Shown: positions 19,964 to 31,016, numbered from the stretch's first letter. The stretch: DNA of 64,000 nt from Nitrosopumilus sp. (GCA_965207445.1 CBDBLX010000002.1:2295849-2359848); one strand, 5' to 3'. Notes: generated from the letters alone by a model not told the origin. Made by a program: numbers and translations.

Positions 19964-22576
19964 TTATAGTATATTGTGCATTGCACGCAGATCTTTTTCA
20001 AATGGTTTTAGAATATCTGGAATGTCAATATTTATTTGATCTTTTAAAGAGAGATCTTTTGATTTTTTAGTATTCCATACAAAAGAGTTGAACTCAGTTA
20101 TTGCTTTTGTAATGTTTGAATATTTTTTATCACCATCGTTGTATGATTCGGGCTGTCGTTGTGTGTGTATGCTTTTTGTACTTTTATCATGATCATTTGG
20201 TGTTGCATAGAGTTTTTGCCACAAATATTCAGTGATAAATGGTGTAATGGGTGCAAGTAGTTTTAGTATGGTGTATAGTACAAAATGTAGTGTGTGTGTT
20301 GCCGCCTGAGATTCTGCATTTGAGAATTCAATTCCATATGCGCGTCCCTTGACCATTTCAATATAATGTGCAGCAAACACATTCCACGTAAACTCTCTGA
20401 TTGCAATTGCAGGTACGAAAAAGTTGTATACGGCATATCCGCCGCGACACTCTGAGATCAATTCGTCGAGTTCTTCTAATATCCATCTATCAGTGTGCTC
20501 CAAATGTATATTATTATCACGATCATAATCAAAAGGATTGACCAATACGTTTCTATGATCTCTTTCTTTTGGGACCTCAAATGACGAGAGAAATCTTGAG
20601 ACATTCCACAGCTTGCTGAGAAACTTTTTTGCAGACTCGATCTTTTGTTCGTTGCATCGAAAATCATATCCGTGATTTACCTCACTTGCATTCCAAAACC
20701 TAAACGTATCAGCACCAAGACGCCGTATTACAGGTAGTGGATCAATTGCATTACCCTTGCTTTTACTCATCTTCAATCCATGCTCATCAAGTCCATATCC
20801 CATTATCCAAGCTTCGGACCAAGGTGTCATATCAGTAATCTTTGCACATCTCAAAAGGGTATAGTATAACCATGTTCGCACTATGTCTTTTGCCTGTGGT
20901 CTTATCGATGTAGGATACATCTTTTCAAACATATCCATATCTCTGCCATACCCACACACAAACAGAGGCGATATACTAGAGTCCATCCACGTATCAAAGG
21001 TACGGTCCTCACCAACAAAGTCATTTGCGCCACACTTGTCGCATTTTGTAGCAGGGCATTTTTGGGCCCACGGTCTATAATACGCACCAGGTTCTGGAAC
21101 ATACACATTTTTACATTTACGGCAGTGCCATATTGGAATCTCTGTACTATAATAACGACGTCTAGATATTGGCCAGTCCATATTGATTGACTCTAACCAG
21201 TTGTATAGTACCTGTTTATGCATCGGGGGGTGAAATGTTATGTGTTCTGCCATATTGCGCATATTTTCGGTATAGTCCATCTGTTTCATGTAATATTCCT
21301 CCATCGGAATTATCTCAATTGGATTCTTGCTACGCTCTGCAATCGGTGTGCGGTGTGTGACATCTTCTATTTTAGTGGTCAAATCCATATTCTTCAAGTC
21401 CTCAATAACCTTTGTTCGGGCTTGTTTTGGCCTCAACCCAGAATATGGGCCTGCCTCATCAGTCATACGTCCATCAAGTCCAATAGCAGATACTTCTTTG
21501 AGTTTTAACTCCCTGAATAATGCCACATCATTTTGATCACCATAGCTGCACACCATTACAGCACCAGAACCAAACTCAGACTTTGCAGAAGAGTGTGCGC
21601 GTATTTGCACACTGTGATTTGTGAGTGGAACCGTCACTGTCTTACCCACATATTTTGCGTATCGTTCATCATCAGGGTTGACAATTATCGTTTTACATGC
21701 ACATAATAACTCTGGCCTCGTACTTGCCACGATGATGTAAGGAATAGTATTTGAGTCATTGCTAATAGTAGTGTTAGAATTATCAGGGGTGTTGCTAGTA
21801 TGAGTGTTATTATAATCATCATTGTTGTTGTTGTTGTTGTCGTCATTGCCACCATCATCATTATCACCATCCTCATTGTTGTCATTATTGTTATTATCAT
21901 TGTCGTCATCATTGTTATCACCAATATCAACAGCACCATCATACTCATCGACTAGCTCAAACCGCATATACACCAGTTTAGACGCCACTTCTTCGTATGT
22001 AATCTCAGCATCTGCAATAGTGGTACCTGAAACCCAATCATAGTTATTGGGTCGGTTTGCAAGATAGATCTCCCCATCGTTCCACATCTTGATAAATGTG
22101 GCTTGTGTGAGTGCCCTATACTCAGGCGTATCTGTCCTATATCTTTTGGAGGTATCACCGCTGAGTCCAAGTTCGTTCATGATCTCGACCATCTCAGACT
22201 CTAACTCATCAAGGGATACTTTACACAACTCTAAGAATTTTGTGCGATCAGTATCACGCATTCGGATATTATGTTTTTTTTCTGTGTATATTTCAACGGG
22301 TAAACCATTTCTATCAATTCCAATAGGAAAGTAAACGTTCTTACCTGCCATACGAGCAGTGCGTGCGATCATATCTATTTGCGAGTAATGGGCAGCAGCA
22401 CCGATATGCCAAGGCCTTCCCGAAGGATATGGAGGTGGAGTGTCAATTGTATAGTTTTGACCTTTTTCTTTGAGTACAAACTCATACGTGTTCTCATCTT
22501 GCCATTTTTTTCGGATCTCTGATTCAAGTTCAGGATTCCAAGATTTGGTAGTTATTGTAGGGTTGTTTCTAGTCAT
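19964..22576 (-). CDS. valS: valine--tRNA ligase with D/N-rich insertion
   Basis: IDTPPPYPSG..HIG, ASTRPE, DWPISRRR, DTWMDSS and KMSKS motifs. Confidence 0.95.
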   Translation of the reverse strand: MTRNNPTITTKSWNPELESEIRKKWQDENTYEFVLKEKGQNYTIDTPPPYPSGRPWHIGAAAHYSQIDMIARTARMAGKNVYFPIGIDRNGLPVEIYTEKKHNIRMRDTDRTKFLELCKVSLDELESEMVEIMNELGLSGDTSKRYRTDTPEYRALTQATFIKMWNDGEIYLANRPNNYDWVSGTTIADAEITYEEVASKLVYMRFELVDEYDGAVDIGDNNDDDNDNNNNDNNEDGDNDDGGNDDNNNNNNDDYNNTHTSNTPDNSNTTISNDSNTIPYIIVASTRPELLCACKTIIVNPDDERYAKYVGKTVTVPLTNHSVQIRAHSSAKSEFGSGAVMVCSYGDQNDVALFRELKLKEVSAIGLDGRMTDEAGPYSGLRPKQARTKVIEDLKNMDLTTKIEDVTHRTPIAERSKNPIEIIPMEEYYMKQMDYTENMRNMAEHITFHPPMHKQVLYNWLESINMDWPISRRRYYSTEIPIWHCRKCKNVYVPEPGAYYRPWAQKCPATKCDKCGANDFVGEDRTFDTWMDSSISPLFVCGYGRDMDMFEKMYPTSIRPQAKDIVRTWLYYTLLRCAKITDMTPWSEAWIMGYGLDEHGLKMSKSKGNAIDPLPVIRRLGADTFRFWNASEVNHGYDFRCNEQKIESAKKFLSKLWNVSRFLSSFEVPKERDHRNVLVNPFDYDRDNNIHLEHTDRWILEELDELISECRGGYAVYNFFVPAIAIREFTWNVFAAHYIEMVKGRAYGIEFSNAESQAATHTLHFVLYTILKLLAPITPFITEYLWQKLYATPNDHDKSTKSIHTQRQPESYNDGDKKYSNITKAITEFNSFVWNTKKSKDLSLKDQINIDIPDILKPFEKDLRAMHNIL

Positions 22577-23436
22577 TTTTCAATATCTCTAATCTTTGTT
22601 ATTATATGTGCACCTTTGTTGTATCCCTCATATATGTAAACACCAATTGCTTCAATGTTAGATGGCATCTGTTCAGCAAGTAGTTTAATTATCTCAGTTG
22701 CTAAATTCTCAACAGTCGCTTCGCCTTTGAGCAGATATGTGGTATCTTTTGGGACATTTAGGCGAAATGAACCCTTTGGTCCAGTAAACTGCACAGTATA
22801 ATGAAGATCATCTTGATCCGTCATGTACTTTTCATTTATAAAAAATTTATGATCAAATACTGAAATTACTCTTTTAATAATCTCTTTTGCAACACCAAAG
22901 TCCACTAGTAAATTATTTTTCATCTGCCCTACCAATTCAACCATTACAGACGAAGTGTGCCCATGTAGTATAGAGCATTTTTTAACTAACGGAAGTATAT
23001 GTGCATAGTCAAATGAAAACGATGGATCTTCTAAGAATATAGAGCCCGTTTGAGGTGCCTTGTCATAATACACCATATCATGAACCTCACTTATGCGTGC
23101 AACGTGCTTTGGACTTCCAATTGCTACAATACGATCAGACTCAGATGACACAGTAAATTGATTAGAGAGTGATTTAATTTTCTTGTACTTTTCAATGTCA
23201 TCATTAGTATCAATGACCTCAATGAGTCCCTTTTCTGTCTTAAAGTCTACTTGTTCTATATTTCCATCATTCAATTGTATAATATGTCCATATTCATACT
23301 TTATATCTAAAAAGTCAAGCATTTGAGCTATTGTTAGTTCAGTTCTACTCTTCATAATGTTTCCATATTTATCAACATATTTGAAATCTGAATCAGTTAT
23401 GTGTGAATGATCCAAAGGTGGTTTCAAGGACTCCAT
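22573..23436 (-). CDS. 6-pyruvoyl-tetrahydropterin synthase / QueD family protein with N-terminal extension
   Basis: FDYAHIL...CSILHGH, VDFG, FDHK and ATVENLA motifs; start uncertain (ORF open to 23517). Confidence 0.85.
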   Translation of the reverse strand: MESLKPPLDHSHITDSDFKYVDKYGNIMKSRTELTIAQMLDFLDIKYEYGHIIQLNDGNIEQVDFKTEKGLIEVIDTNDDIEKYKKIKSLSNQFTVSSESDRIVAIGSPKHVARISEVHDMVYYDKAPQTGSIFLEDPSFSFDYAHILPLVKKCSILHGHTSSVMVELVGQMKNNLLVDFGVAKEIIKRVISVFDHKFFINEKYMTDQDDLHYTVQFTGPKGSFRLNVPKDTTYLLKGEATVENLATEIIKLLAEQMPSNIEAIGVYIYEGYNKGAHIITKIRDIEK

Positions 23437-23872
23437 AATGATCTGTGCCTCTCGTATCATTATAAATTCTACATAAATACAGAAAAGTGCAAATGTCTGC
23501 AAGTGGTCTCCTGCCATCTATGATTTGCCCCACATGATATATCTCAAACTTCATTAGACAATAGATCTCTAACATTACACAAAGTCTGTCGAATTACACA
23601 TCAACCACACCAACACCATATCAGATCTAAAACATTTGCAAGTCAAACCGCACACACCTTGCAACGACAATGACGCACACATACACACGACCCCACATCA
23701 GCCCGCCGCAGCGACTACCCGTTCCCAGCTAGAGGGAGTGGGGGGAGAACGCTTGCCAAATCAACATATAGAGACTTTTTATATCAATAGTTAAAATCAC
23801 CAAATATAGTCACATTATTTAATTAGTAAAAAACAACAATGGGTATTTTGATTATTGTTAGCCAAGTTGCAT

Positions 23873-24160
23873 CTATGAACATACAAGCGTATCGAGAGTC
23901 TTTGCCAAATCAAGATCATTTTTTGTGATACCACCAGCATCATGAGTCACCAGGTCTATTACTAACTTGTTGTAAACATTGAACCATTCTGGATGATGGT
24001 TTGCTTTTTCAATTTCCATTGCGGCTCTTGTCATGAATCCAAACGCAGCATTGAATGTATCAAACAAGTACTCTTTGTGTAATTTTCCATTTACAACATA
24101 CCAACCCATCATATCTTTTATGGCATGTGTGATCTCGTCATTTGAAAGTACAGATGGCAT
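23873..24160 (-). CDS. pterin-4-alpha-carbinolamine dehydratase
   Basis: FGFMT...NHHPEWFNVYN...THDAGGIT..D motif. Confidence 0.93.
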   Translation of the reverse strand: MPSVLSNDEITHAIKDMMGWYVVNGKLHKEYLFDTFNAAFGFMTRAAMEIEKANHHPEWFNVYNKLVIDLVTHDAGGITKNDLDLAKTLDTLVCS

Positions 24161-24317
24161 ACAATACAACACTTTAAGACAGTTAAATGGTTTTGTGTGA
24201 GGTTTGGATGTGAGGTTTGAATTAGTATCAATAATTAAAAATTTATCATTTAAAATATATTATTATTTAAAATGCATTATCATTTAAAATGTCTGACATA
24301 TTTAAAATTAGTAACAT

Positions 24318-25707
24318 CAGTAGTTCGCAATGTGCTCAATTTTAATGATCTTATTTCTAATTATGCAGTACGATAGATTTACAATGGTAAGGAACCACCG
24401 TGCTCCAATTCCCACCGAAGCAGTCTTCTGATTGAACCGGCAATTGAATCTACAAACGCATCCATTGTGAATAATTTTTCATCTACAAGTCCGCCGTAAT
24501 TTTCGTACCTTGCCATTACCCATAAACCATATAATAACATTCCAAAAAATATCAACAGTAATCGAAGCTGCAAGGCGTTGCTAGTTGTCTTTGGAGTCGT
24601 GTTTTTTATCACTCTGTATCCCGTCTCTATTATCCAGCGCTTGCGATAAGTCTCTGGGATGGTTTTGATGAGTTTGCTTTTGCTAGTGATTTTCATATTT
24701 GTGGCAAATGCCACATACTGATCGACTGTTTTATCAGTTTCTTTGGCATTATTTTTTTTGACGATAAGTAATGTGAACTTTACTGCTTTTTTGTTTTTAT
24801 CACGCATCTCAATGACTGATGCAGTTTTTCTCTTTTTGTTGTAAACTTCTAAAATATATTTTTGTATGCGCTTATTTTTAATTGCCGGCATTATGAAAGA
24901 CAGGCGCAAGCGCAAAAGTTCATCTATGCATGCAACATTGTAAAAACCCCGATCAAAGAGGCCAAGTTCCGGACGTGCATCCTCTCGAATTAATTTTTCA
25001 ATGATTTTACGCATGACTGTGACCATTTTATCCTTACTGGTCACACGATGTGCAAACAAAGGTATGTTACCTGCTTGATTTACCATTTGTGCCGTCATAA
25101 ATGAATGAAATCTCGCAGTACCATTTTTGGGCTTTGTTTTTAGCATCTCGGGTTTGAGTGCCTTGCCATAATATTCCCATCCGGTCATATCAATTGCAAT
25201 AGTACCACCTTTTTTGAACATGTTGTGTTTTTTGGCATTCTTGAGCATTGCTTTGACATTCTCGTCACCCCATTGTTTTACTTTCTCTAGATCTGCACTT
25301 TTTAGGCATTTGAGCACAGTATTTTCAGATGGTATGTTTATGCGCTCGTTTTTTCTAAAATAGTTAGCCTCATTGCGTTTTCTTTTGTGTGTTGCTGCAT
25401 TTACGCACATGTTGTTGAGTGACATGGTGACAAGTGTACCAAGATAATCATCCACCTCATACGTGTGGTTATATCTGGTTGATATGTCTAGTCCGAGATC
25501 GTCGAATCGTTTTCGTAAAACTTTATAATTTACTTGTCCTAATTCATATTGATGTTCTAGTACCTCATTTTTCATATATTATCAGAGGTACTAAAATGTC
25601 CCCACATATTATACTTTCTATTTGATCTGATCAAATATGATCATCAACGTTCAACGACATTGCAGATTATTTAAATAAAATCATATAAAACACATTGCGA
25701 ACTACTG
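24318..25707 (-). mobile_element. intact ISH3-family insertion sequence, 1390 bp
   Basis: Perfect 17-bp TIR CAGTAGTTCGCAATGTG / CACATTGCGAACTACTG; 4-bp TSD ACAT on both sides; single DDE transposase. Confidence 0.93.
24379..25575 (-). CDS. ISH3/IS4-superfamily DDE transposase
   Basis: IAIDMT, FDRGFY, FATN and YRKRWIIETGYR motifs. Confidence 0.93.
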   Translation of the reverse strand: MKNEVLEHQYELGQVNYKVLRKRFDDLGLDISTRYNHTYEVDDYLGTLVTMSLNNMCVNAATHKRKRNEANYFRKNERINIPSENTVLKCLKSADLEKVKQWGDENVKAMLKNAKKHNMFKKGGTIAIDMTGWEYYGKALKPEMLKTKPKNGTARFHSFMTAQMVNQAGNIPLFAHRVTSKDKMVTVMRKIIEKLIREDARPELGLFDRGFYNVACIDELLRLRLSFIMPAIKNKRIQKYILEVYNKKRKTASVIEMRDKNKKAVKFTLLIVKKNNAKETDKTVDQYVAFATNMKITSKSKLIKTIPETYRKRWIIETGYRVIKNTTPKTTSNALQLRLLLIFFGMLLYGLWVMARYENYGGLVDEKLFTMDAFVDSIAGSIRRLLRWELEHGGSLPL

Positions 25708-25827
25708 ACATGTATGGTTGAATCTTTATAGTATAACAAATATTAAATGACTTAATTATAAATCAAAAATATTAATTTTAATTGAATATATATTAACATT
25801 TATAGATATTAAGACAGCATACAAAAT

Positions 25828-26256
25828 ATGACAGTTGTGGTACTTGCAGGTGGTGTGTTTGATGTACTACATATAGGACATGTGCAGTTTTTGCAAGCAG
25901 CAAAAAAGATGGGAGATAGACTAGTAGTGGTTGTATCAAGATATAATCATAAACGTGAACCCATTCATACTGCACAACAACGACAAAGACTAGTCGCGTC
26001 ACTAGAAATTGTAGACCAGTGTGTTATAGGTGACAAGTCGGATATGTTTCGTACAGTCAAAAAGATCAAACCAGATGTAATTGCGCTCGGATACAACCAG
26101 CGCCACAACATAAACGAAATTAAAGATGGCTGTAAAAAGATTGGACTAGGCGACGTACAAGTAAAAAGAGTCAAGATCAAAGCAGACGGCATATCAACTA
26201 GTAAATTATTAGAATTGTACAATTACGATCGTAATGAATTTGAGTATCATAAATAG
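25828..26256 (+). CDS. ribL: cytidylyltransferase-family protein, probable archaeal FAD synthetase
   Basis: GGVFDVLHIGH, KPDVIALGYNQ and ISTSK motifs. Confidence 0.75.
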   Translation: MTVVVLAGGVFDVLHIGHVQFLQAAKKMGDRLVVVVSRYNHKREPIHTAQQRQRLVASLEIVDQCVIGDKSDMFRTVKKIKPDVIALGYNQRHNINEIKDGCKKIGLGDVQVKRVKIKADGISTSKLLELYNYDRNEFEYHK

Positions 26257-26477
26257 ACACATTCAATCTGTTAAATGGTCAAAACAGGAATCAATTATGA
26301 CAAAATGGACCAAAGGGCAAAATATCCTCAAATTGCAATCTCAAAAGACAAACATATTATTTAATTGGTCAAACTTACTCAAATATGCCCACCACAAATA
26401 TAAAAAAACTTTATCAAAAATCAATCAATATACCATACACACAGAACGATATATACAAAAATAACAGATGATATAAA

Positions 26478-27299
26478 ATGGACCATATATGTAAGACATT
26501 ACTTGATGCCATAAAATACTCAATACAAGATTCACTTGGGGCTCCAAGTGTACACAAAACACCTATCGGAGTTGCATTTTCAGGGGGAGTTGATAGTACA
26601 TTACTTGCAGTATTATGTAATAAAGCAAAATACGATATTGTGTTATTAACAGTGGGATTTTCAAAGTCACATGATGTCGAGTTTGCACACAAAATAGCAT
26701 CAAAACTGTCATTTAAACACCATACATCAATTATATCAGATAGATCAGATTTTACATCTATGTATAATATAATACGCAAAAAAATCACATATACAGATAG
26801 TTTGTCATGGTTAGAGAATACAATTGCATTTTATTACCTAGCACAACTAGCACACCAAAAATCCATCAGTAAGATAGTTACTGCAAATGGTATTGATGAG
26901 TTGTTTTGTGGTTATGATGCATATCGTCGTTTACTAGAATCCGACACAAAAAGAAAAGAGATCACAACACACTATAAACATGCAATAGATAATTTAATGC
27001 ATCAAAAACTTGACAATGAGTTGCACATGTTTAGAACAATTGAAAAGATTATAAGATCAGATTTTGGTATTTCATTATATCAACCATTATTGCACCCAGA
27101 GTTTTGTAAAGTTGCATACAATATACCACTATCAGAAAAAATTACAGGGTATGATGATATGTATCGTAAACATGCAATACGACGACTTGCAAGAGAGGTA
27201 GGTGTACCCACAATATCACATGAGAAAAGAAAAAAAGCACTTCAATATGGCACTGGAATACACAAAGCCATATTGAAAATTAAAAAGAATACTTTGTGA
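26478..27299 (+). CDS. asparagine synthase C-terminal-domain protein (no glutaminase domain)
   Basis: AFSGGVDS, NGIDELFCGY and RKKALQYGTG motifs. Confidence 0.85.
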   Translation: MDHICKTLLDAIKYSIQDSLGAPSVHKTPIGVAFSGGVDSTLLAVLCNKAKYDIVLLTVGFSKSHDVEFAHKIASKLSFKHHTSIISDRSDFTSMYNIIRKKITYTDSLSWLENTIAFYYLAQLAHQKSISKIVTANGIDELFCGYDAYRRLLESDTKRKEITTHYKHAIDNLMHQKLDNELHMFRTIEKIIRSDFGISLYQPLLHPEFCKVAYNIPLSEKITGYDDMYRKHAIRRLAREVGVPTISHEKRKKALQYGTGIHKAILKIKKNTL

Positions 27300-28647
27300 C
27301 TTTGTTGTTGACAGTACGTATGACATCCTTAATTATTTGATCTGATGCGCCCATACGTTTTTTTGGATCAAATATGTCATCGATCTCATTTAAAGTAAGT
27401 ATCGAGGATATCATTGCATCTGATTTAATTGCATCATTGTATAAAGCACCCGATTCGTTTGCCTCAAATGCAACACGTTGTACATTCTCATATGCTTTGA
27501 TGCGCGGCACATCTTTGTTGATCATAGCCTCAAGTACAAACTCGGCAAATATTTGACCATTTGTAACGTAGAGATTGTTTTGAATCTTTTCTGTATTTAC
27601 GTAAAGATTTGAAATTATTTTTTGCATTGTGTGTAACATCTCATCTACAAGTATAGAACAAGTAGGTAAAGTGAACCGCTCATTTGCAGAATTTGACAAA
27701 TCACGTTCATGCCACAATGGTATATTGTCTAGTGATGTTATCACCTGACTCTTTAAAATTCGCGCAAGTGATGTTACACGTTCACTTTTAATTGGATTTC
27801 TTTTTACAGGAACAGCGCTACTACCCATCTGTCCTTTTTTAAATGACTCTGCTACCTCACCTATTTCAGTTCTCTGAAGATTTCTAATCTCAACTGCAAT
27901 TTTTTCCAATGTAGATCCCAGCAGTGCCATCTCAAAGACATATTCGGCATAGCGTTCCCTTGGAACTATCTGTGTTGCCACTAGTGCAGGATATAGATTG
28001 AGCATCTTGGCTACTTGCCTTTGTATTATAGGTGCCTTTTTACCCATCAATGAGCCTGTTCCCACCACACCAAGTGTCTTACATATCAGCACTCTACTTT
28101 TGATCTCATTTATTCGGTCAATGTGTGATGCCATCTCAGCGGCCCAATTTGCAAACTTTAGTCCAAATGATATAATACTTGCATGCTGTCCGTGTGTTCT
28201 ACCAACCGCAGGAATATCAGAATATTGAGATGCCATACTTGCAAGTGTGTGTGCTAGTTTCGCTATCTGGGGCTCTACAATAGCAATAGCATCACGAATC
28301 TGCATGGAATTACTAGTATCTACGAGGTCATTGCTTGTTAGTCCATAATGGATCCACGGTTTTGCGTAATCAGGACACTTTTGGCCTAACGCTTCTACTA
28401 ATGCTGCAGTATCATGATCTCGTTTTGATTCTAGTTGCATGACACGTTTTGCAGTTATGTTGCCCGGTTTTGCAGAGGCGCGTCTGATCGCCGTTGCGGC
28501 TCTTTTTGGAATCATACCTATATTTGCCTGAATGGTTGCAACAGCACTCTCAATTTGCACCTGACAGTCGATCTTATGTTGCGTGTCAAATACGGACTTC
28601 ATCTCAGCAGTTCCGTATCGCCCATCATCAATTGGAAGAATTGCCAT
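27280..28647 (-). CDS. purB: adenylosuccinate lyase
   Basis: HYGLTSND, GRTHGQHA, GSSAVPVKRNP and HERDLSNS motifs; start at MAILPID. Confidence 0.96.
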   Translation of the reverse strand: MAILPIDDGRYGTAEMKSVFDTQHKIDCQVQIESAVATIQANIGMIPKRAATAIRRASAKPGNITAKRVMQLESKRDHDTAALVEALGQKCPDYAKPWIHYGLTSNDLVDTSNSMQIRDAIAIVEPQIAKLAHTLASMASQYSDIPAVGRTHGQHASIISFGLKFANWAAEMASHIDRINEIKSRVLICKTLGVVGTGSLMGKKAPIIQRQVAKMLNLYPALVATQIVPRERYAEYVFEMALLGSTLEKIAVEIRNLQRTEIGEVAESFKKGQMGSSAVPVKRNPIKSERVTSLARILKSQVITSLDNIPLWHERDLSNSANERFTLPTCSILVDEMLHTMQKIISNLYVNTEKIQNNLYVTNGQIFAEFVLEAMINKDVPRIKAYENVQRVAFEANESGALYNDAIKSDAMISSILTLNEIDDIFDPKKRMGASDQIIKDVIRTVNNKVTKYSF

Positions 28648-28922
28648 CAAACTATGTATTGTGTATTTCAAAATAAATCCTTTCTTAAAGTCAATAAAAA
28701 TTACAAATAAGCAAAATTGTACAAGAGATAAACAATATGTATAGTTGAGAAAAATGGCATGGAATTCAACTTCCAAGTACATTATGACAAATAGAAGAAT
28801 AATGTTCGAGTCAATATCTGATGTATGGAGTTGGACCACTACTGCCAAATAAAATACATAGGTTCATCACCAACTAGTTTGTTTCATTTGTAGTACAAGT
28901 GATATAGATCTCATGATTTAAA

Positions 28923-30404
28923 ATGCCATATATTACACTACATATGATGATAGATAATTTTGATCTAACCCCGATAAAGGTAAATGATAATCAATATATG
29001 ATAAAACCCGACAAAGATACAGGTAGACTAGCACCAGTCATGATATATGCAAATGAGATGTTGCTTCAAAAGATGCTCACTGATCGCACACTCAAACAAG
29101 CATGTAATGTTGCATCTATTCCAGGTATCGTAGGACATGGTGTTGTGCTACCTGATGGACATGAAGGATACGGCTTTCCAGTAGGAGGGGTTGCGGCAAT
29201 GGATGCAGAAGATGGAATGATAAGTCCAGGCGGTGTAGGATATGACATTAACTGTGGCGTTAGACTGTTGCGCACAGAGTTGACTGAAAATGATGTGCGT
29301 CCGCGTATCAAAAATCTCATAGCAGATCTATTCAATACAATTCCATCAGGTGTGGGCTCAAAAGGCGCGATCAGACTTAAAAAATCAGAGTTAGATGAAG
29401 TAATGGTCAAAGGTGTCAAGTGGGCAGTAGCACACGGATACGGCTCTGAAAAAGATGCAGACTCATGTGAGGATACAGGCCACATTAGAGGAGCGGATCC
29501 GGACATGGTATCAGAAAAGGCAAAGAGTAGAGGTGCGCCTCAACTCGGTAGTTTAGGTTCTGGAAACCACTTTTTAGAGATACAAAAAGTTGCAGAGATT
29601 CACGATCAAGAGGCAGCTGATCGCATGGGAGTAAAATTAGGTGCAATTACGGTCTTAATTCACTGTGGCTCACGTGGATTTGGGCATCAAATATGCAGTG
29701 ACTATCTAAGAGTATCTGAGCGTTCTATGAGAAAATACAACATCAACCTTCCAGACAGAGAACTTGCATGTGTTCCAAATACATCAGAGGAGGGAACATC
29801 ATATCGAAAAGCAATGTTTGCGGCCCTGAACTTTGCATGGTCAAACAGACAGATGATAACTCATTGGACACGCAAATCATTTGAGCGCGTATTTGGAAAG
29901 TCAGAATCAGACCTAAGCATGGACCTCGTGTATGATGTAGCACATAATATTGCAAAGGTTGAAGAACACAAGGTAGATGGCAAACAACGCAAGCTTGTAG
30001 TGCATCGCAAGGGAGCTACTAGAGCATTTCCTGCAAACCGTGATGAGATTCCCAAAAGATATCAGGATATTGGTCAACCAGTACTAGTGCCAGGTTCTAT
30101 GGGTACTGCAAGTTGGATACTGTTAGGCCAACCCAATGCAATGGAGTTAAGTTTTGGCTCTACTGCGCACGGGGCAGGTAGAATGATGTCACGCTCAAAG
30201 GCACGACGCAACTATACAGAACAACAGGTGCGAGAATCACTAAACAGTAAAGGAATATTTATAAAATCACTTACTCGTGACGGCGTAGTTGAAGAGACCC
30301 CTCAAGCATATAAAGATGTGGATGCAGTAGTTGATGTATCGCATTCACTAGGAATAGGAACCAAAGTGGCAAAACTTGTACCAATAGGAGTTATGAAGGG
30401 ATGA
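28923..30404 (+). CDS. rtcB: tRNA-splicing ligase RtcB
   Basis: PDGHEGYGFPVG, DINCGVR, GSGNHFLE, HCGSRG and HGAGR motifs; true start may be a few codons downstream. Confidence 0.96.
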   Translation: MPYITLHMMIDNFDLTPIKVNDNQYMIKPDKDTGRLAPVMIYANEMLLQKMLTDRTLKQACNVASIPGIVGHGVVLPDGHEGYGFPVGGVAAMDAEDGMISPGGVGYDINCGVRLLRTELTENDVRPRIKNLIADLFNTIPSGVGSKGAIRLKKSELDEVMVKGVKWAVAHGYGSEKDADSCEDTGHIRGADPDMVSEKAKSRGAPQLGSLGSGNHFLEIQKVAEIHDQEAADRMGVKLGAITVLIHCGSRGFGHQICSDYLRVSERSMRKYNINLPDRELACVPNTSEEGTSYRKAMFAALNFAWSNRQMITHWTRKSFERVFGKSESDLSMDLVYDVAHNIAKVEEHKVDGKQRKLVVHRKGATRAFPANRDEIPKRYQDIGQPVLVPGSMGTASWILLGQPNAMELSFGSTAHGAGRMMSRSKARRNYTEQQVRESLNSKGIFIKSLTRDGVVEETPQAYKDVDAVVDVSHSLGIGTKVAKLVPIGVMKG

Positions 30405-30823
30405 TGATAATGGTGATGAACAACGTAGATGATAATGATGATGCAGATCTTCAACGCCTCAAGGCACGACGACTTGCAGAGATGCAAAAAAACATCAATA
30501 TACAAAAAACAAAAGAGCAGACAACATCAGAAACTTCGAAAAAGGTAACGTCCCGTGATATTTTAGTTAGTTTGTTAGGGTTTCGAGGATTAGAAGTACT
30601 AGAGAGTGCAGAGAGGCAATATCCTGCAGAGTCGAACATTGTAATTCAGAGACTAGTTGAGATCATACAGTCCGAAAACATTACGGAGAGAATTGATGGT
30701 GGTCAGTTGATGGGAGTATTTCGTATGGTGGGGTTGCCAGTAAAGATTAAGACATCTATCAAAGTAGAAGATGACGGCAAGTTTGTATCATTATCTGACA
30801 AGCTCAAAAACAAAACAGCGTAA
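30401..30823 (+). CDS. PDCD5/TFAR19-like DNA-binding protein
   Basis: D.DLQRLKARRLAEMQ N-terminus; follows rtcB. Confidence 0.8.
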   Translation: MMIMVMNNVDDNDDADLQRLKARRLAEMQKNINIQKTKEQTTSETSKKVTSRDILVSLLGFRGLEVLESAERQYPAESNIVIQRLVEIIQSENITERIDGGQLMGVFRMVGLPVKIKTSIKVEDDGKFVSLSDKLKNKTA

Positions 30824-31016
30824 CATTTCAGTGTGTCTGTATTAATGATCTTTTTAATTTGTTGAATTATGACAAACATAGATGATTACATAAGTGATTA
30901 CACATATGATAATATAACACGTAACTAAATCATCTATATTAAAAATTAGCATATTAAAAATACGGTGCGCATATAATTTGTCAAAATAAAAAATAGTGTG
31001 TAAAAATAAACACACA

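Noticed and set aside
26234..26464. 76-aa ORF between ribL and the asparagine synthase-like gene
   Set aside because: No recognisable motif; may be spurious or a decayed fragment.
28648..28848. N-terminal extension of PurB (similarly for rps15, PII and TBP in the ORF track)
   Set aside because: Longest-ORF artefacts across AT-rich promoter DNA; recognisable protein starts lie downstream.
28923..30404. Intein in RtcB
   Set aside because: Length is normal and the DINCGVR region is uninterrupted.
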